Shown: positions 30,101 to 37,896 of the stretch, piece by piece
How the letters are laid out: every line of letters begins with the position of its first letter
Position numbering within the stretch: the stretch's first letter is position 1
Assembly (NCBI GenBank): GCA_964408945.1
Contig: CAYPBJ010000006.1
Coordinates: forward strand, 7,643 to 71,642
Direction of reading: 5' to 3'
DNA from: an uncultured Rhizobium sp.
GTDB lineage: Bacteria > Bacteroidota > Bacteroidia > NS11-12g > UBA955
Length of the DNA stretch: 64,000 nucleotides
Translations under genes and position numbers: made by a program
Notes under the pieces: model-generated
What the model saw: only the letters and a program-made list of their open reading frames with translations
The model's database searches: none
Told to the model about the DNA's origin: nothing

Positions 30101-31870
30101 ATGAATTCTTCAGCTATGTGTGAACGCGGTAATCAATTTGTTGCAGACAATTCTTCTACATATAGTGGTAATGAAGCGGTTACTTACATTTGGAAGCTTA
30201 CTGATGGATTTGAAGATTCCTCTGCATATTTCAATTATAGTTTCTCTCAATCAGGGAATTTTGGAATTAAGTTGATAGGTGTCACTACTGAAGGTTGCGC
30301 AGATTCAATTTCGAAGAGCGTTAGGGTTTATCCTCAAGGTATTTCGGATATCCGTATTTTAGATACTATTCAATGCTTGTTTGGTAACGATTTCAGTTTC
30401 GGAAATGATTCAAAAATTACAGGTGCCTCATTCTCCATTATGTCATGGAATTTTGGTGATGGCATCATTGATACTGCATATAGAACAGAACCTATTTCAC
30501 ATTCATATAATGATACAGGGTTGTATAAGGTGGAATTAATTTCAACCACTGAGCATTTATGTACTGATATCAGTACTGGATATGTTAGGGTTGTACCTAT
30601 GCCTATAGCTAAATTAAGTTTGAATCAATACGGATATTGTTTTAACGAGCAACAATTCGAGTTGGTAGATGTTTCTATTAAAGATTCAAATTCGTCGAAT
30701 CGTTGGATTTATGGCAATACTGAATCCGATAATTTAGATACTTTAAAGCCAACTTTTGAGCGAGTAGGTAAATACAGAGTTCGTTTAGTGGAGTATACTA
30801 ATTTCGGTTGTACTGATACTACCGAAACCTTGTTGGTGGTAAATAAAATTCCAATGGCTAAAATAGCAGTTAACATCAACGAGCAATGTTTGGAAAAAAA
30901 TGAATTCTTATTCAGAAATGTTTCTATAGATGCTGATGAGCCTATGGAGTTCTGGGATTTTGGCGATGGAGCATTTGGTTCAGGAAATGAGGTAAACCAA
31001 ACATATAGTGAATCAGGTGATTTTGAAGTGATTTTAGTAGTGGAAAATGATTCCAATTGTTTAGATACAGCAATACTTTCAGTGAGAGTAAATCCTACGC
31101 CTGAAGCTGCGTTGCTTATTGATCCAAGTTGCGAAGGTCAACCTGTGAACATTGCATCTGGATCATCAATTTCTGAAGGATTCATCAATCAGTACGAGTG
31201 GAATATGGGTGACGGAAGAAACTACTTCTTTGAACAGCCTGAACACACCTACAATAAGCCAGGTAAATACTATGTAACCTTAGCAATGACTTCCGATGAA
31301 GGTTGCTATGCAAAATTTATAGATTCTACTAATGTTTATGCAAATCCAATTGCACAAATGGCCGCTTTTACACAGAGGGCTACAATTTTGAAACCTTTGG
31401 TTTCTTTCCTAGATTCTAGCACTAATGCGGCTACCTATGAATGGGATTTTGGTGATGGATCAGACTTTGTTTTTGATTATGAAGCGAAACACGAATACGC
31501 TGACACCGGTTTATATAAAACTCGGTTGGTAGTTTCTTCAACAGATGGCTGTAATGATACCACATATGCCAATGTTCGGGTGTGGCCTGATTTCAATATT
31601 CTTTTGCCAACGGCATTCTCACCAAACGGTGATTTAAGCAACGATGCTTATAGAATAAGAGGTAATCACCATTCTATAGCTATTGCTGAATGGCAGATTT
31701 ATACTGATGATGGTATCAAGGTTTTTGAATCGAATGATATTACAGACTCTTGGGATGGAACCTTCAATGAACTACCACTCCCCATGGGTAATTACCAATT
31801 GGTGTTGATAGTGAAAGATATATTTGGCAAACAAGCTCAGTTTAACGAAAAAATTAGTTTAGTAAGATGA
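18116..31870 (+). CDS. Giant PKD-repeat cell-surface protein (~55 PKD-like domains) with a T9SS type-B (gliding-motility-associated) C-terminal sorting domain
   Basis: About 85-aa units of the type NPxAxFxxxDxxQC....W.FGDG..S....P.H.Y...G.Y.V.L......GC.D(S/T) are repeated throughout. The C-terminus FNILLPTAFSPNGDLSNDAYRIRG...WDGTFNE..LPMGNYQLVL is the type-B CTD. The tracked start is TTG at 18116; alternatives are GTG 18143 or ATG 18200, just before the hydrophobic signal LMLLMLFLNSAFVAFVKA. Confidence 0.9.
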   Translation: MLLVQRKINVNFIKNKYHSLNIVRNIGLMLLMLFLNSAFVAFVKAGNNGNINSIRNTFSAEKGELLHGFGPTCSNTTGNITTSVCGSYTAPSGKYIWSTSGTYNDTILNAAGCDSIITVNLTILVKPTADFTVNDTNQCLVLHSFDFTNASSSNIANAALTYAWDFGDTTISSTENPSKSYNTPGRRTVSLIVTNADGCKDTSSLTVAASPNPAVQFTINDDSQCENSNSFVFSNSSTVNLGNTLSYLWRFPDGNTSTNTNVTKPIILADGSYSVKLIATSSSGCKDSSSNNITLHAKPLAKIFNTSLDSCLNSSWSFKADDLNAATFNSVEWVFPGSTNTADSLVNHTFASNGSNAVEVRISNANSCFDTTSISVNVYKNPVATFTVNDTNQCLVLHSFDFTNASSSNIANAALTYAWDFGDTTISSTENPSKSYNTPGRRTVSLIVTNADGCKDTSSLTVAASPNPAVQFTINDDSQCENSNSFVFSNSSTVNLGNTLSYLWRFPDGNTSTNTNVTKPIILADGSYSVKLIATSSSGCKDSSSNNITLHAKPLAKIFNTSLDSCLNSSWSFKADDLNAATFNSVEWVFPGSTNTADSLVNHTFASNGSNAVEVRISNANSCFDTTSISVNVYKNPVATFTVNDTNQCLVGNKFDYSNSSISNLTNASLSYDWNFGDGVSSNSENPTKTYTSAQSRMVSLIISNVVGCRDTSSLPATTTENPIADFTVNDTNQCLWLQSFDFTNASSSNIANTALTFAWNFGDTTNSSSENPSKSYNTPGRRTVSLIVTNADGCKDTAAEVVYAVPMPVSITTINDATQCDNKNEFILESVSTVPSGAGSITSSDWNYGDATTGSGDSVAHSYTNTVGVVTVVHTVTTSYGCQDTSQIKLTVLQGPTARFTIDTVNNCLRGNEFGLTENSLVGNASKKEFTWSITEKTTQVKTTSARYTESFNSVGVKTIKMLVEDNNGCLDSITKTLEVHIHPTATFSVNDTAQCLKGNSFVLSSSSSSNVTNAALTYNWDFKDGSNSSSANPSKTYASSGRREVKLIVTNDKGCSDTTVGIANSYQDPNVKYTIDDSTQCFDTHKYRFTNNTQNFASNINYTWYFGDSSTSTAFNAVKVYSFTGRKEVSLIGVDSRGCRDTFTEKLYTVPMPKAASTVNDGDQCDNSNLFILKTASTVPTGAGNLSSAWNFGNGATATGDSVSYHYSSLTGAVTVVHTVTSSYGCSDTNQVKLKVFNGLVAKFTIDTVNNCLRGNTFGFTENSTVGDANKKSFSWSFDGFSPLSRLNSNRFTQGFLTAGSQNIKLLVEDNNGCKDSITKSVIVQNHPLALISKIGTDSCQDIASKFKVVDLKAPKPISVSWLFSDNQTFTDSIITVNFASDGQKSARAIVTNSVGCKDTANKVFNVYKNPVANFNFTDSAVCLRGNEVEINQTTANTHGSLSSVSWNFGDGSPTTLNNASSLKKTYLTAGTYTVKMIYTNSLGCGDTLTKSVTILPMPKAQFVWVDSLQCRTGNGFTVVNQSKSNVLGHSLSYSWNFGDSTASTLNSPSLSYAYDGTKLVRLAVNSSEGCKDTFTSQVVVYPQPIVGFTINDVDQCVNNDVFTFNDTSKVRAGGGTLSRLWNLADAGTAASLAVSKSYSSSGNRNIKLVVTTSNGCKDSVTKGITVFAKPETRFAKLNPDSCLNTTWNFRVRDAISTTMTSVAWTISGSSTYTDSLIQHNFTSNGTHSIGLIIGNSNGCFDTTSRQVRVFRNPVASYSVDDSAQCFAVNYFKFNVGSTSPNGLTLRHSWDFGDTSGSSALKPVKVYASIGRRSVYLKSTDTRGCADSFRQDIYVAPYPVSNFTINDSVQCENHNVYVFEDVSTILNGGGSLSSQWIYGDNAPTASGDSVSHNYATKTGYIKVEHKSISSYGCRDSSIQTVHVRKGPDAAIGLDTVLYCIRGNEFGATDLTKKGEGNKTQFTWNWGDGNVDVKSTPSMFTHSYASIGTYTIKLLVEDQYSCIDSISKTTTVHPNPTAQFAIVDSLQCFNANSFSFVNQSNSNTGNSTLTYAWTFGDGGSSTAVSPTHSYTTFGPRDLQLQVSNVFGCRDTFDSKARVYSLPTVKFTVNDSTQCENNQLYKFQDLSSIASTEGTISRAWNLGDGSTSSDATINYKYVGHDTVSVKLVQTSSFGCKDSLSKRVEILRKPQIRFAKIGADSCRNTPSKFKAWDTDVAKPLSVSWLFSDNQTFNDSIITASFAVEGQKSLRVIVGNSNGCTDTINRIFNVYENPHAGFFITDSALCFRGNEFEYNDTTSINNGTVSQLIWDFGDGKSQTKSTNAAVYNRYADTGNYTVKLRITNSLGCGDTITRKLRVLPQPKAVFAHADSLQCRTNNSFAFNNKSVSNSPTTSLTYDWRFGDSTTSTSASPVKSYVYDGVKNLTLYVENGEGCRDTFTSKLEVYPQTVVDFAINDVDQCENNNLFQFTGNSTTGVRGGYLYSNWKFGDGGKDTSRNTNHRYSAHANHQVKLVITTFYGCKDSISKPITVFKKPTGLYTKITKDSCLNNSHTFKVDDLDAATMTSVLWKFNDGSNYTDSIITRNFALDGQKSASLFIQNSNGCIDSLYPKFNIYDNPVANYVRKDTFLCLEGNNFELTSTATSKYGTINQYKWEFGDGLTASSKSSIHKYTDSGYYDITYRVVNSLGCGDSITKVVRVNPNPRVHFNADLYQQCWHSNVTQFTDSSESNLVGRPSLVYAWSFGDSLTSASANPQKTYQWYGVKTIQLIATNDAGCSDTVKRSVEIKPEPFAKFKIDNSAQCVNNNKFNFLDTTLTRQRGGTHTVNWKFADGDTSSLKSFSRTKKQVGTLGLKMIATSEFGCQDSIEKTIRVFAKPQAVVKYLSQDSCLSTTARLQAVNAAGNGIRTARWSYDDGTGSTGVNVTKKYTQTGSRKVILNLENTNYCRDTVEFKYTVRANPKSYFVASKYSLCERGNLVVFKDSSKATEGQIDSLVWDFNNGVRVGKTGKDTALYSFGVARVYTVKQVSVNSFGCQDSSTQKVTILANPDADFDIDQSSQCLSGNAFTFTNNTNPNNGNSAMSFFWNFGDSTNSSSKNPKKTYSFDGTKAIRLIASNSDGCLDTIDKSVLVRPQPKAKFAINTVNQCVNAQSYTFTDQSTVKSGGGSLSRVWNLGDGSVSNQTIVNGVNYKSAGLYIVKLTSRTTFNCIDTVVQQIRVFPKPTVAFTVNQDTQCLVGNSYSFNNTSNIATGGGTLSYAWTFGNGTNSNNTHPTLGYNQYGSYVVELKATSSNGCAETLKKNVTVVANPAVNFAFTTSDKQCNSVDNFKMTNQTNLLNGRSAKYTWNYGDNTSSSAVNGTHSYSQEGNYTVKLLALNSNGCRDSISKTLTVYADPIADFSINQAGQCINDQLFDFKNNSSVAFGGGTLSQIWKSNDSVISTVQNITATFKEVKTYSIKLVSISSLGCKDSVIKNIVVYPKPQADFAINNSQQCLQNNRFDYTNNSKISSGSLKYVWSYGDTSGSTTVSPTKNYSAYGSYKVQLMSISGFGCKDSIAKTVKVHSQPTVQFSLSDTSSCLYQNQFSFTNQSNNADGSTLNHTWLFSDGSSQNSLNSVKSFSNSGRYLVKLRSQSSFGCRDSLVKWVRVYPQPLPSFNLVKANQCLNNNAFEVQNATTVATEGGTLSYVWDFGNGSSSTSKNPKWSFGKADTYTVFMTVRSSFNCIDSLKKVAVVHPEPTVDFNFVKSGLQTAGDTIQCLNTNLFQLNNLANVSSGTLTHQWSFGNGQSSVGLSPQIKYNSDGKYRIRLISVTNFGCRDSSFETVSVYPDPDADFNINDVDQCFRGHEFLLTNSSKIKSGSMSYDWSLGDGLVSTATSVRKTYNQFGQYSVKLFVSSNKGCRDSVIKTVRVYAQPKAAFVTNDSIQCFNNNDYIFENKSSIGFGSLFSLWSFGDANFSTAQLGRHEYKKAGNYTVQLISSSAFGCADTFINSVKVTEIPKISFTMNSSAMCERGNQFVADNSSTYSGNEAVTYIWKLTDGFEDSSAYFNYSFSQSGNFGIKLIGVTTEGCADSISKSVRVYPQGISDIRILDTIQCLFGNDFSFGNDSKITGASFSIMSWNFGDGIIDTAYRTEPISHSYNDTGLYKVELISTTEHLCTDISTGYVRVVPMPIAKLSLNQYGYCFNEQQFELVDVSIKDSNSSNRWIYGNTESDNLDTLKPTFERVGKYRVRLVEYTNFGCTDTTETLLVVNKIPMAKIAVNINEQCLEKNEFLFRNVSIDADEPMEFWDFGDGAFGSGNEVNQTYSESGDFEVILVVENDSNCLDTAILSVRVNPTPEAALLIDPSCEGQPVNIASGSSISEGFINQYEWNMGDGRNYFFEQPEHTYNKPGKYYVTLAMTSDEGCYAKFIDSTNVYANPIAQMAAFTQRATILKPLVSFLDSSTNAATYEWDFGDGSDFVFDYEAKHEYADTGLYKTRLVVSSTDGCNDTTYANVRVWPDFNILLPTAFSPNGDLSNDAYRIRGNHHSIAIAEWQIYTDDGIKVFESNDITDSWDGTFNELPLPMGNYQLVLIVKDIFGKQAQFNEKISLVR
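18506..20035 (+). repeat. Nucleotide-perfect tandem duplication, 2 x 765 bp (255 aa, three PKD domains), inside the giant PKD gene
   Basis: 18506-19270 and 19271-20035 read identically base for base by eye. Identity continues 17 nt into a third, diverged unit, with the first mismatch at 20053. The identical 124-aa antisense shadow ORFs at 18541..18915 and 19306..19680 reflect the same duplication. Confidence 0.95.
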
Positions 31871-34800
31871 GAAAAGCATTAATATTTAGCCTCTTTTCGG
31901 TACTGTTAGGATATGCTTATTCTCAGAGTTCACCAATTCTTTCTTTGCAAAGTAAGAATGATATTAGTTGTTATGGAATTTCTGATGGGCAGGTGGTTCT
32001 TTCTGTCTCTGGTGGAAGTGGCCCACTGGTATTTTCAAACAATGGAATTTCTCAGTCAACAGGCAGTTTTTCAGGATTAAAAGCAGGTAGTTTTAAATTT
32101 TTCGTTATCGATAGTCTTGGAGGCAAAGATTCTTTAACTGTTAATCTATCGGAACCAACTAAGTTAACTACGCAATTCACTTTAAATCAACCAAGTTGTG
32201 AATATAAATCTGACGGGTCAATTCAAACCTCCATTTCAGGTGGAACCGGTAATAAGAACGTAAAGTGGACGGATTCTGCAGGTTTTACATCAAGTTCACT
32301 GAACTTGAATTATTTATCTGAAGGGGTTTATTTTATGAGAGTCACTGATGCTAAAGGCTGTGTGCTTGATACTTCAGTGAAATTGATACATCAAGTTAAA
32401 ATAGCTTTGTCAATCACCACAAATGACATTACCTGCAGTGGCTTAACAAATGGCACTGCTGTTGTGAATATCACTGGAACAGGTAGTGGCTATTCTCAAT
32501 TATGGACTGGCCCCAATGCTTATAGTTCAACATTGAAGTCCATTACGGGTTTGGCTGCGGGCAGTTATTCTGTTAAAGTTACCGAAACTCTTACTGGTTG
32601 TAGTGCATTAATGGCTGCTACAATAGTAAATCCCACAAAACTAAAAGTAGAAATTACTTCCATCAGAGCGGCTTTATGTAATGGTTCATCTGATGGTCAA
32701 ATGAACATTAAAACAACAGGTGGAAGAGCCCCATATTTGTATTCATGGTCTGGCCCCAATAGCTATTTTTCGAGTAAATCAAATATCTCAGATGCAGCTG
32801 CTGGAACTTACATTATTTCTGTAACTGATTCAAGTGGATGTTCAGCTGCTGATACGGGCGTTGTGAATGAACCAACCGCTTTAAGCATCATCCCAACTAT
32901 TACAGATGTTAGGTGTTTTGGTCAATCAAATGGCCAAATCAATCTAAATGTAAATGGTGGTGTAAAACCGTATGCATTTAGTTGGTCTAATTCACTCACA
33001 ACAAAAGATATAACTTCATTATCTTCAGGGGTTTATGGTTTGACTTTGGTTGATAGTAATGGGTGTAAATTAACACGTAATTACAGCGTTTCGAGTCCTA
33101 CAAGACTTGAATTATCCTACAATAGTAATTCAGTAAAATGCAACGGCGGAAGCGATGGGAGCATAACTTTATTGGCCACCGGCGGATCTTTCCCTTGGAA
33201 CTATAGAGTAACGGGGCCGTCAAATTATAATTCGACATCAGTTACCAATAAGAATTTAATAGCTGGAACTTACAGTTTGATGCTGACAGACAACAATGGT
33301 TGCAAAGATTCGGAGTTAGTCAATATTACTCAACCCAATAAATTAGTTGCTGTTCATTCCACCACACAGCCTTTGTGCTTTGGATTGAAAGGCGGTATGA
33401 GTTTGAATGTGAATGGAGGTACATCCCCGTATTCTTATGAATGGTTGGATGGCAATTCTGCGCTGTATGCGGCCACTCAAAATGTAATTTCAGCCGATGT
33501 TGGGAAATATACTTACACCGTGATTGATGCGAATCAGTGTAATTTCTCTGATACTTTGAGCATTTACCAACCTTCTGAATTGAAACTCAGACTGAAGTCA
33601 ACAACTTTACCTGTTTGTCTCTCTGATTTAACGGGTTCTGCTTCTTTGGGATGTTCAGGCGGTGTTCGTCCATACAATTTTCAAATCAACTCAAGTTCGT
33701 TTGTAACAGACTCAATTTTTAGAAACCTTGGAGTGGGTAGTTGGGTGGTCACCGTGAAAGATAAAAATTCATGCATTGACACTGTTTCTTTTGGATTAAA
33801 GAACAACGACATCCAAAAACCGACGGTGGTTCTAAAGAATATTACTAGATACCTGAATAATTCTGGTAAGGTTACGGTTTCAGTTTCTGAGGTAAATCAA
33901 GGAATAACTGACAACTGCGAATTGAAGTCGGTGAGTTTGTCAAAAACAGATTTTGATTGCAGTAATATTGGTGTAAATACCGTGCAAGTAACGGCTGAGG
34001 ACGCATCTGGAAATACGCAGTCAAATAGTTGTAATATTACTGTATTAGATACAGTTAAACCCATTTTAAAGGCACAATCAGTCAATGTGTATCTCAATGG
34101 TTTAGGCAAAGGAAGCATATCACCATCCCAAGCCAATAACGGGAGTTCTGATAATTGCTCTATTGCTCAATTCAATTTAGCTAAAACGCAATTTGATTGT
34201 TCTAATTTGGGAAGTAATTCCGTGTTGTTTAGTGCAACTGACGGCAGCGGAAATACCAGTAATATTCAAGTTCAAGTTCAGGTTCAAGATACTTTAAGAC
34301 CTGTATTAAAATATAAAAATATCATTGTCTTTTTGAACTCATCTGGTTCTGTTAGTATAACTCCAGCTGATGTAGATGATGGTAGCACGGATAATTGCAA
34401 CATTTCAAAATACGAAATCAGTCAATCTACCTTCAATTGCAATAATTTGGGAACGAATTTCATAGATTTTAAAATTTATGATCCAGCCCAAAATGTAAGC
34501 AGTCAATCAGTGAGGGTCACAGTTCAGGATACCTTTAAGCCGGTATCGAAAACTAAGCCAGTTACTTTATTTTTGAATCAATACGGGTTTTCTGTTTTAT
34601 CGCCTTCTGATGTAGATAATGGTAGTTCTGATAATTGTAAAATCGCTACCCGTTCAATCTCACAGTCGGTATTTACTTGTGGCAATCTAGGGTCAAATTT
34701 AGTTGGTTATACGTTAACTGACCCCTCAGGAAATACAACATCCACTCAAGTTTCAGTAACTGTAAAAGACACTTCCAATCCCATCAATAAAGTGAGAAAT

Positions 34801-37800
34801 GGCATTGCATATCTCGATAAAAATGGATTTGCAGTAACTACTTATTTTGATATTGACAACGGTACATCGGATAATTGTGGTGTAGATAAAATCAGCCTAA
34901 GTAAAGACCGATTTACCTGTCAAGATTTAGGCCAAAATACCATCAATTTTATCAGTTATGATAAATCTGGAAATTCATCTGTTTCGGCGGTTAATATAAA
35001 TGTTTTAGATACGGTTAAGCCCGTTTTAAGGGCGTCTAATAGAACCATTGTATTGGATTCAACCGGCAGATTTACTGTAACCCCCATGTATTTTGATGAT
35101 GGTAGTTTTGATAATTGCAAAATCACAAAACGTACACTTACTCAGTCGTCATTTGATTGTTCAGACGTAGGAAACAAACTGATTATTTACACCATTTCTG
35201 ATACTTCTGGAAACAGTTCCCTCGCTATTCTCAATGTGAGTATACTTGATACCCTCTCTCCAAGAATATTTGTGGAGAATAAGGTTGTATATTTAGATTC
35301 TCAAGGTAAAACGGGATTATCTGTCAATGCATTTGCATCAAAATGTTATGACAACTGCTCAATTTCAAGACTTTACCTTTCTGATTCTATCTATGATTGT
35401 TCTGAACGAGGCACTCGCGTAGTTCAATTGATTGCAACTGATCCTAGTGGAAATAGGGCAGCAAAGTCATTTTTGGTAAATGTGTTAGATACGTTATCTC
35501 CCGAAGTCTTTACAAAAACTGCTACCATTTACATAGATACGGCAGGCCGGGCAACGTTATCAGTTTCGCAAGTTTTAGATTCTTTGTATGAGAACTGTGG
35601 GAGTGCACAAGTTTATTTAACTCAATATGTGTTTGGTATCAAGGATATAGGAGAAAACTTCGTGTTCGTGTATGCTTTTGATCAAGCAGGGAATAGATCG
35701 AAGAATATTTATGCCAAGGTCAATGTTGAAATTGGTGATGCCGATCGCGATAGTATTCCTGATTATATTGAAGGGGCGCAAGATTTTGATGGAGATGGCG
35801 TGCTAAATTACCGAGATCATGATTCTGACAACGACGGTGTTCTTGATCGTTTTGAAAATAGTGGATTAAAGGTTTTATTGGATTTAGATCAAGACGGGTT
35901 CTACAATGTCTACGATGTAGATACTGATGGAGATCTAATTTATGATGTTGCTGAAGTTAATGGTTTTGATCCAGATCAAAATGGAACTGTGGGTATAGGT
36001 AGAGTTACGGTAAACAGCAGAGGCATTCCGGTTTTGTCAAATGGAGGAGACGGATATGGCTTGATGGACACAGATGGAGATGCCATAGCTGATTATAAAG
36101 ATTCAGACTCAGATCAAGATGGAATTTCAGATAAGATCGAAAACTTTGGAAAACGTGAATTCGTAGACTCAGATGGTGACGGGAAACCCAATTTTAGAGA
36201 TGAAGATTCTGATGCCGATGGAATTTCAGATTTGATTGAAACTACCGATGATTTTGACCGCGATGGAATTCCTAATTACCTCGATAGAGATTCAGACAAT
36301 GACCTTATTTTAGATCTTTTTGAAACAAATAACGATGAAGATGGTGATGGTTTTGGGAATTATTTAGATTTAGATTCAGATTCAGATGAAATTTACGATG
36401 ATATTGAAAGAGAACAAGATATAGATAAAGACGGAAAAGGCAATTGGATTGACGATGATTCTGATAACGATGGAATTACAGACAATTTAGAAGGAAATGA
36501 CGATACCGATTCTGATGGAATTCCCGACTTCAAAGACGCTGATAGCGATAATGACGGAATTTTCGATTTGATTGAGGCCATTCCTTTTGATGTTAAAGGT
36601 CTTCCCGCTGATACTGATAATGACGGGGAATTTGATTTTAGGGATTTTGATTGTGATAATGACGGTATTGCAGATTATGATGAAGGTTATCCTAATCTAC
36701 CCGATACTGATAAGGACGGAATTCCTGACTACAGAGATGATGATAGTGATGATGATGGTGTGTTAGATTTCCTTGAAAGTAATAAAGACACTGACAATGA
36801 TGGTTTGATCGATGCCATTGATCCGGATTCCGATAACGATGGAATCAAAGATGTTATTGAAGGATATGCTGATTTAGATGGAGATGCAATTGTTAATTCA
36901 TTAGATCTAGATTCTGATAATGACGGAATAAACGACATCATGGAAGTCGGCGGCATAGATTTAGACGGAAATGGTATGTTAGATACATTAGAAGTTATAG
37001 TACCCGTTGATGCAGATGGCGATGGTATTCTGAACCAAAACGACATTGATTCTGATGGTGATGGTATTTACGATATTGTTGAAAGTGGGATGTTTTATAC
37101 TGATTTAAATGGCGATGGTAGAGTGGATGGGATTGATACTGATAAAGACGGTATCCAAGATGAAGCAGACGGAATTTCAGGGGTATTCGGCGATTTATAT
37201 GACAAAGATGCCATAGATACTGATGTCGATGGAATAAGAGACTTTGAAGATCTTGATTCAGATGATGATCGAATTGATGATGAAATAGAAACATCTAGTG
37301 ATTTTGACCTTGACCAGTTAGCTAATTATCTTGATGATGATAGCGACGATGATAAAATTAGTGATCTCATTGAAACAGCCAAAGATCAAGACGGAGACGG
37401 TATTCCAAATTTCTTGGATTTAGATTCTGATGGAGATGCTATTTCTGATCTAATTGAAACCAATGCTGACTATGACCTTGATGGAACTGCAAACTACTTA
37501 GATCTGGACTCAGATAATGATGAAATGCCAGATTCAGAGGAGGGAGAAGGCGATAATGATAAAAACGCTTTTGCAGACTTTGTTGATCCACAAACATTTG
37601 TCCCTGAAATATTTACTCCAAACAACGACGGGGTAAATGATTTACTTTCAATAAAAGGACTTAAAAATTTCCCTAATGCTTCACTGGTGGTATTCAATCA
37701 ATGGGGTATGATTGTTTATGACAGCAAGGGAGCATATTTAAATGATTGGGATGGTACATTTAGAGGAGAAACTAACAGCACAATTTTAGAGAAACTACCT

Positions 37801-37896
37801 GAAGGAGTTTATTTCTATATTTTAAATCATAACAGAACGGATTCACCACAATTCAATAAACCTCAAACAAAGGGTAATTTTTATATCAAGCCATGA
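31867..37896 (+). CDS. Giant SprB-repeat / Ig-like-module / thrombospondin-type-3-repeat surface protein with a T9SS type-B C-terminal sorting domain
   Basis: Signal peptide, then eight SprB-type repeats (C.G..DG.I.....GG..PY.YSW). Eight ~80-aa modules follow (D.GS.DNC.I...S.S...F.C..LG.N......D.SGN......V.V.DT.KP). Then ~600 aa of DxDxDG Ca-binding repeats. The C-terminus EIFTPNNDGVNDLL.IKGL...L.VFNQWG..VY....Y.NDWDG is the type-B CTD. The start ATG overlaps the upstream stop (ATGA). Confidence 0.9.
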   Translation: MRKALIFSLFSVLLGYAYSQSSPILSLQSKNDISCYGISDGQVVLSVSGGSGPLVFSNNGISQSTGSFSGLKAGSFKFFVIDSLGGKDSLTVNLSEPTKLTTQFTLNQPSCEYKSDGSIQTSISGGTGNKNVKWTDSAGFTSSSLNLNYLSEGVYFMRVTDAKGCVLDTSVKLIHQVKIALSITTNDITCSGLTNGTAVVNITGTGSGYSQLWTGPNAYSSTLKSITGLAAGSYSVKVTETLTGCSALMAATIVNPTKLKVEITSIRAALCNGSSDGQMNIKTTGGRAPYLYSWSGPNSYFSSKSNISDAAAGTYIISVTDSSGCSAADTGVVNEPTALSIIPTITDVRCFGQSNGQINLNVNGGVKPYAFSWSNSLTTKDITSLSSGVYGLTLVDSNGCKLTRNYSVSSPTRLELSYNSNSVKCNGGSDGSITLLATGGSFPWNYRVTGPSNYNSTSVTNKNLIAGTYSLMLTDNNGCKDSELVNITQPNKLVAVHSTTQPLCFGLKGGMSLNVNGGTSPYSYEWLDGNSALYAATQNVISADVGKYTYTVIDANQCNFSDTLSIYQPSELKLRLKSTTLPVCLSDLTGSASLGCSGGVRPYNFQINSSSFVTDSIFRNLGVGSWVVTVKDKNSCIDTVSFGLKNNDIQKPTVVLKNITRYLNNSGKVTVSVSEVNQGITDNCELKSVSLSKTDFDCSNIGVNTVQVTAEDASGNTQSNSCNITVLDTVKPILKAQSVNVYLNGLGKGSISPSQANNGSSDNCSIAQFNLAKTQFDCSNLGSNSVLFSATDGSGNTSNIQVQVQVQDTLRPVLKYKNIIVFLNSSGSVSITPADVDDGSTDNCNISKYEISQSTFNCNNLGTNFIDFKIYDPAQNVSSQSVRVTVQDTFKPVSKTKPVTLFLNQYGFSVLSPSDVDNGSSDNCKIATRSISQSVFTCGNLGSNLVGYTLTDPSGNTTSTQVSVTVKDTSNPINKVRNGIAYLDKNGFAVTTYFDIDNGTSDNCGVDKISLSKDRFTCQDLGQNTINFISYDKSGNSSVSAVNINVLDTVKPVLRASNRTIVLDSTGRFTVTPMYFDDGSFDNCKITKRTLTQSSFDCSDVGNKLIIYTISDTSGNSSLAILNVSILDTLSPRIFVENKVVYLDSQGKTGLSVNAFASKCYDNCSISRLYLSDSIYDCSERGTRVVQLIATDPSGNRAAKSFLVNVLDTLSPEVFTKTATIYIDTAGRATLSVSQVLDSLYENCGSAQVYLTQYVFGIKDIGENFVFVYAFDQAGNRSKNIYAKVNVEIGDADRDSIPDYIEGAQDFDGDGVLNYRDHDSDNDGVLDRFENSGLKVLLDLDQDGFYNVYDVDTDGDLIYDVAEVNGFDPDQNGTVGIGRVTVNSRGIPVLSNGGDGYGLMDTDGDAIADYKDSDSDQDGISDKIENFGKREFVDSDGDGKPNFRDEDSDADGISDLIETTDDFDRDGIPNYLDRDSDNDLILDLFETNNDEDGDGFGNYLDLDSDSDEIYDDIEREQDIDKDGKGNWIDDDSDNDGITDNLEGNDDTDSDGIPDFKDADSDNDGIFDLIEAIPFDVKGLPADTDNDGEFDFRDFDCDNDGIADYDEGYPNLPDTDKDGIPDYRDDDSDDDGVLDFLESNKDTDNDGLIDAIDPDSDNDGIKDVIEGYADLDGDAIVNSLDLDSDNDGINDIMEVGGIDLDGNGMLDTLEVIVPVDADGDGILNQNDIDSDGDGIYDIVESGMFYTDLNGDGRVDGIDTDKDGIQDEADGISGVFGDLYDKDAIDTDVDGIRDFEDLDSDDDRIDDEIETSSDFDLDQLANYLDDDSDDDKISDLIETAKDQDGDGIPNFLDLDSDGDAISDLIETNADYDLDGTANYLDLDSDNDEMPDSEEGEGDNDKNAFADFVDPQTFVPEIFTPNNDGVNDLLSIKGLKNFPNASLVVFNQWGMIVYDSKGAYLNDWDGTFRGETNSTILEKLPEGVYFYILNHNRTDSPQFNKPQTKGNFYIKP
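33817..35735 (+). repeat. Eight tandem ~240-bp coding modules (Ig/HYR-like, DNC-containing) within the second adhesin gene
   Basis: Eight consecutive 80-aa units each contain DNC, a second Cys ~17 aa later, SGN, and a closing (L/Q/K)DT(x)(K/R/S/N)P. Confidence 0.8.
35737..37590 (+). repeat. Asp-rich calcium-binding (thrombospondin type 3-like) repeat array within the second adhesin gene
   Basis: Dozens of D-x-D-x-DG-(I/V/L)-x-D units (DSDNDGVLD, DSDGDGKPN, DSDADGISD, DTDKDGIPD...). The antisense Ser-rich shadow ORFs at 36393..37294 are a by-product. Confidence 0.85.

Noticed and set aside
36393-37294. Several Ser/Ile/Pro-rich and His/Gln-rich minus-strand or out-of-frame ORFs (36393..36581, 36729..37046, 36995..37294, 36572..36766).
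   Set aside because: They are antisense or frameshifted readings of the GAT/GAC-rich Asp repeat array of the 2009-aa adhesin. Their low-complexity composition mirrors the sense-strand repeats.
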